Origin: a virus
IMG/VR virus record: IMGVR_UViG_3300029319_000003
Location: 32,001 to 96,000 of that record
Direction: 5' to 3' (one strand)
Length of the DNA stretch: 64,000 nt
The notes below the pieces were generated by a model. The model was given only the letters and a program-made list of their open reading frames with translations. It searched no databases and was not told the DNA's origin. How positions within the stretch are numbered: the first letter of the stretch is position 1; each line of letters opens with the position of its first letter. The translations under genes and the position numbers were made by a program. Of this stretch, positions 62,076-64,000 are shown in pieces.

Positions 62076-62578
62076 AAACTATAACCCGCTCTTGCAATTA
62101 CGATGCTGTCTGCCCGGTCATATGCGCCGGGTTTTGGATTTCCATATTTTGTATATTGTATCTCAAAACAACTCTCGTTGTCAAGTAAAAAATTCAAAAC
62201 TATTTCTTTTGCCTTCTGCCCGCGTGGTACTGTGATGCCACACATCTTTCTTGCAGCGGTCGCAGAAACGTGTTCTGGTTTTATACTCCATATACTATAA
62301 CACATCCACGAAACAATGCCATTCATTTTTGATAAAGTTGACAAAGTTTTTGCAGATGAGAATCCGCTTCGAAATGACTGGAGCGATTGCTCAACAAAAA
62401 TCTGTTCGATGGTAAACTTGTTTGCTACAGCCTTGAGGTTGTTTTCAACCACTTCGGCTTTTAAATAAATATCTTTATACTTCCGAGTGTCCCACGCTTC
62501 GCAAAGCAGTACGTTGCCTTGATCGTCTAATACGGTTGCGCCGGTAATGGAAGTCGATACATCCAATCCAAGTATCAT
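62048..62578 (-). CDS. RuvC-like Holliday junction resolvase
   Basis: ILGLDVSTSITG, IFVEQ, DRADSIVIA. Confidence 0.85.
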   Translation of the reverse strand: MILGLDVSTSITGATVLDDQGNVLLCEAWDTRKYKDIYLKAEVVENNLKAVANKFTIEQIFVEQSLQSFRSGFSSAKTLSTLSKMNGIVSWMCYSIWSIKPEHVSATAARKMCGITVPRGQKAKEIVLNFLLDNESCFEIQYTKYGNPKPGAYDRADSIVIARAGYSLWKERNSTS

Positions 62579-62587
62579 TTAACCTTC

Positions 62588-63928
62588 CTAAAAGTCTAAC
62601 TTCAGTTTAAAAGTATACTCTCTTTCTTCGGTTTTTTTAAGGGGAGTTGCCAACTTTGCGATCCCAATCAGATTTCGATCCTTATCGTAAATACCGACTT
62701 TCGAAATCCAAGTCTGCTTTCTGAAACTACCGGACGTATCGGTGTATCGAGTTTTGACCGTGTTGGTGATCTCCAGATTATCTCTTTCGTAATAGTGGTT
62801 GGCACCAGACGATGCAGCCTCACTTTTGTCCTGACCATACTTCATGAACGTCGGGTTGTTAGAATGGTTCAATTCATTTTTTGGGGCGTGGGCAAGCATA
62901 GTAACAACTGGTACATAATTTGTACCGCTGAAATCTAATGTAAAACTCGATGATGGCACCATCGTGTCCACGTCGTGCGACGAACCGGTGGTTCCCCAGT
63001 AGACCCATGCCGGCTTGACTTCCGCTTTTGGATCTGGCCAAGCAGCACAGGAACTATAATAATCTACATGACTGGCATGTAAATCCCAACTGCCGGTCAA
63101 GCAAATAACACCCTCGTTGTACAGCACCACGCCGGCAACCTTACCATTGTTAGCCTCGACACTTCCAAACACCTGAACCAACTCGCCGTTCTGCTTGGTG
63201 TCTTGTAGTTGTCCAATCAGAGTGCCGCTGACATAAAATTTTAAATCAACCGTGCCCTTCTTAATAGAAGACCCGTAGAAAATAGATGGAACATTCACCA
63301 AAGCCATTTGCTGTTCTTCTTTGTTCCAACTCATGCCTATGCCGGAACTGTCCATTGTGTAGCCAAAGTGTGGGCTAAGTTTCTTGTAATAATTAAAAAC
63401 ATTCTTGAGCGCTCGCACTCGACGCCGAGGGAATGCTGAAGCCGTCCCACCGCATTCGGGCGTATCAGTGCCACCAAGAGAAGAAACCGCAGCGATCTGA
63501 TCAATGCCCACGCTAGCCGACAAAGGATAACTGCTCGTCATTGTTGAGCCGTATGCAAAACTTTGGAATGTCGAAGTCGAGACAGTGCTGAAAGACATGA
63601 GTGTTCCTTCCTTTGTGATGAAAGGAAAGATCATACTTTTGACGCCGCCGCCTTCTTCGATGCCGTCACCGTCTGCGTCTACTTTTGAATTCCAAGTGTG
63701 CGACGACTCGTCACGATCCACGTTGAGTTCATATAGGTTCACATGACCAGTTGGCACATGCGTGACGTTGGAGCCCGTTGTTGAGCCGTCCTTCCACACT
63801 AAGGCACCGGCTTGGGCTCTCTTGTTGTTATGATAAATGCTGCCACTATAAATGACAAACCGCTGCTGCGGATATGTCTTTATCTGATTTTGAAATAAAT
63901 CGTTATTGGTGAACTTATACAAGGGCAT
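62588..63928 (-). CDS. Virion structural protein with tail-collar/baseplate-like C-terminus
   Basis: C-terminal ISKVGIYDKDRNLIGIAKLATPLKK...FKLKLDF; ACTATTAA box at 63949-63956. Confidence 0.55.
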   Translation of the reverse strand: MPLYKFTNNDLFQNQIKTYPQQRFVIYSGSIYHNNKRAQAGALVWKDGSTTGSNVTHVPTGHVNLYELNVDRDESSHTWNSKVDADGDGIEEGGGVKSMIFPFITKEGTLMSFSTVSTSTFQSFAYGSTMTSSYPLSASVGIDQIAAVSSLGGTDTPECGGTASAFPRRRVRALKNVFNYYKKLSPHFGYTMDSSGIGMSWNKEEQQMALVNVPSIFYGSSIKKGTVDLKFYVSGTLIGQLQDTKQNGELVQVFGSVEANNGKVAGVVLYNEGVICLTGSWDLHASHVDYYSSCAAWPDPKAEVKPAWVYWGTTGSSHDVDTMVPSSSFTLDFSGTNYVPVVTMLAHAPKNELNHSNNPTFMKYGQDKSEAASSGANHYYERDNLEITNTVKTRYTDTSGSFRKQTWISKVGIYDKDRNLIGIAKLATPLKKTEEREYTFKLKLDF

Positions 63929-64000
63929 GACACATCGCCTCCCCTCTTTTAATAGTCCAACCTGACGCGCAAAATCATTTCATTTGTGGGGTCTTTACGA

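Noticed and set aside
1-64000. Stop-codon recoding (TAG/TGA reassignment)
   Set aside because: Core genes are full length in the standard code, and TAG and TGA end genes at sensible boundaries (for example 55897, 62588, 16584).
1-64000. Inteins or introns in DnaE, RNR, helicase, RecA, terminase
   Set aside because: Lengths are normal, motifs are contiguous, and no C/S...HN-C/S/T splice motifs were seen.
1-64000. tRNA, rRNA, CRISPR array, integrase, reverse transcriptase/DGR
   Set aside because: No cloverleaf or T-loop signature, regularly spaced repeats or relevant motifs seen by eye; intergenic spaces are short. tRNAscan-SE and a CRISPR finder would be decisive.

Overview
64-kb slice of a large lytic myovirus genome (T4-like head plus contractile tail). 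Every gene I can support lies on the minus strand, read with the standard code. In transcription order (high to low coordinates): a virion protein, RuvC-like resolvase, primase, a fused SbcD-SbcC nuclease and a holin/spanin-like cluster (64-56 kb); packaging and head genes, including terminase, portal, prohead protease, phage ribosomal protein bS21, two fibre proteins, three small paralogues, scaffold and an enlarged major capsid protein (56-41 kb); neck, a 1299-aa sheath, tube and chaperones, an inserted cassette with two lipoproteins, tape measure and baseplate (41-21 kb); and a replication, repair and nucleotide block (21-0.5 kb) with a miniature PolA, a divergent tubulin/FtsZ, SSB, RecA, deaminase, UvsE, 5'-3' exonuclease, helicase, class II RNR, GroES, DnaE, dUTPase, Dam and an IMPDH/GMP-reductase. 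Most notable: (1) a probable programmed +1/-2 frameshift on a U7 run joining the gp26-like chaperone to a start-less downstream ORF; (2) an ACTANTTA octamer just upstream of most virion transcription units, contrasting with TTGACA-N17-TATATT promoters on replication genes; (3) a shared R-x-x-(K/R)-L-A-(G/N)-I motif and (I/L)xE sites suggesting a head-targeting and maturation code; (4) a mini-PolA/tubulin gene pair. No tRNA, rRNA, CRISPR array, integrase or intein was recognised. All family assignments come from motif recognition by eye, not from database searches.
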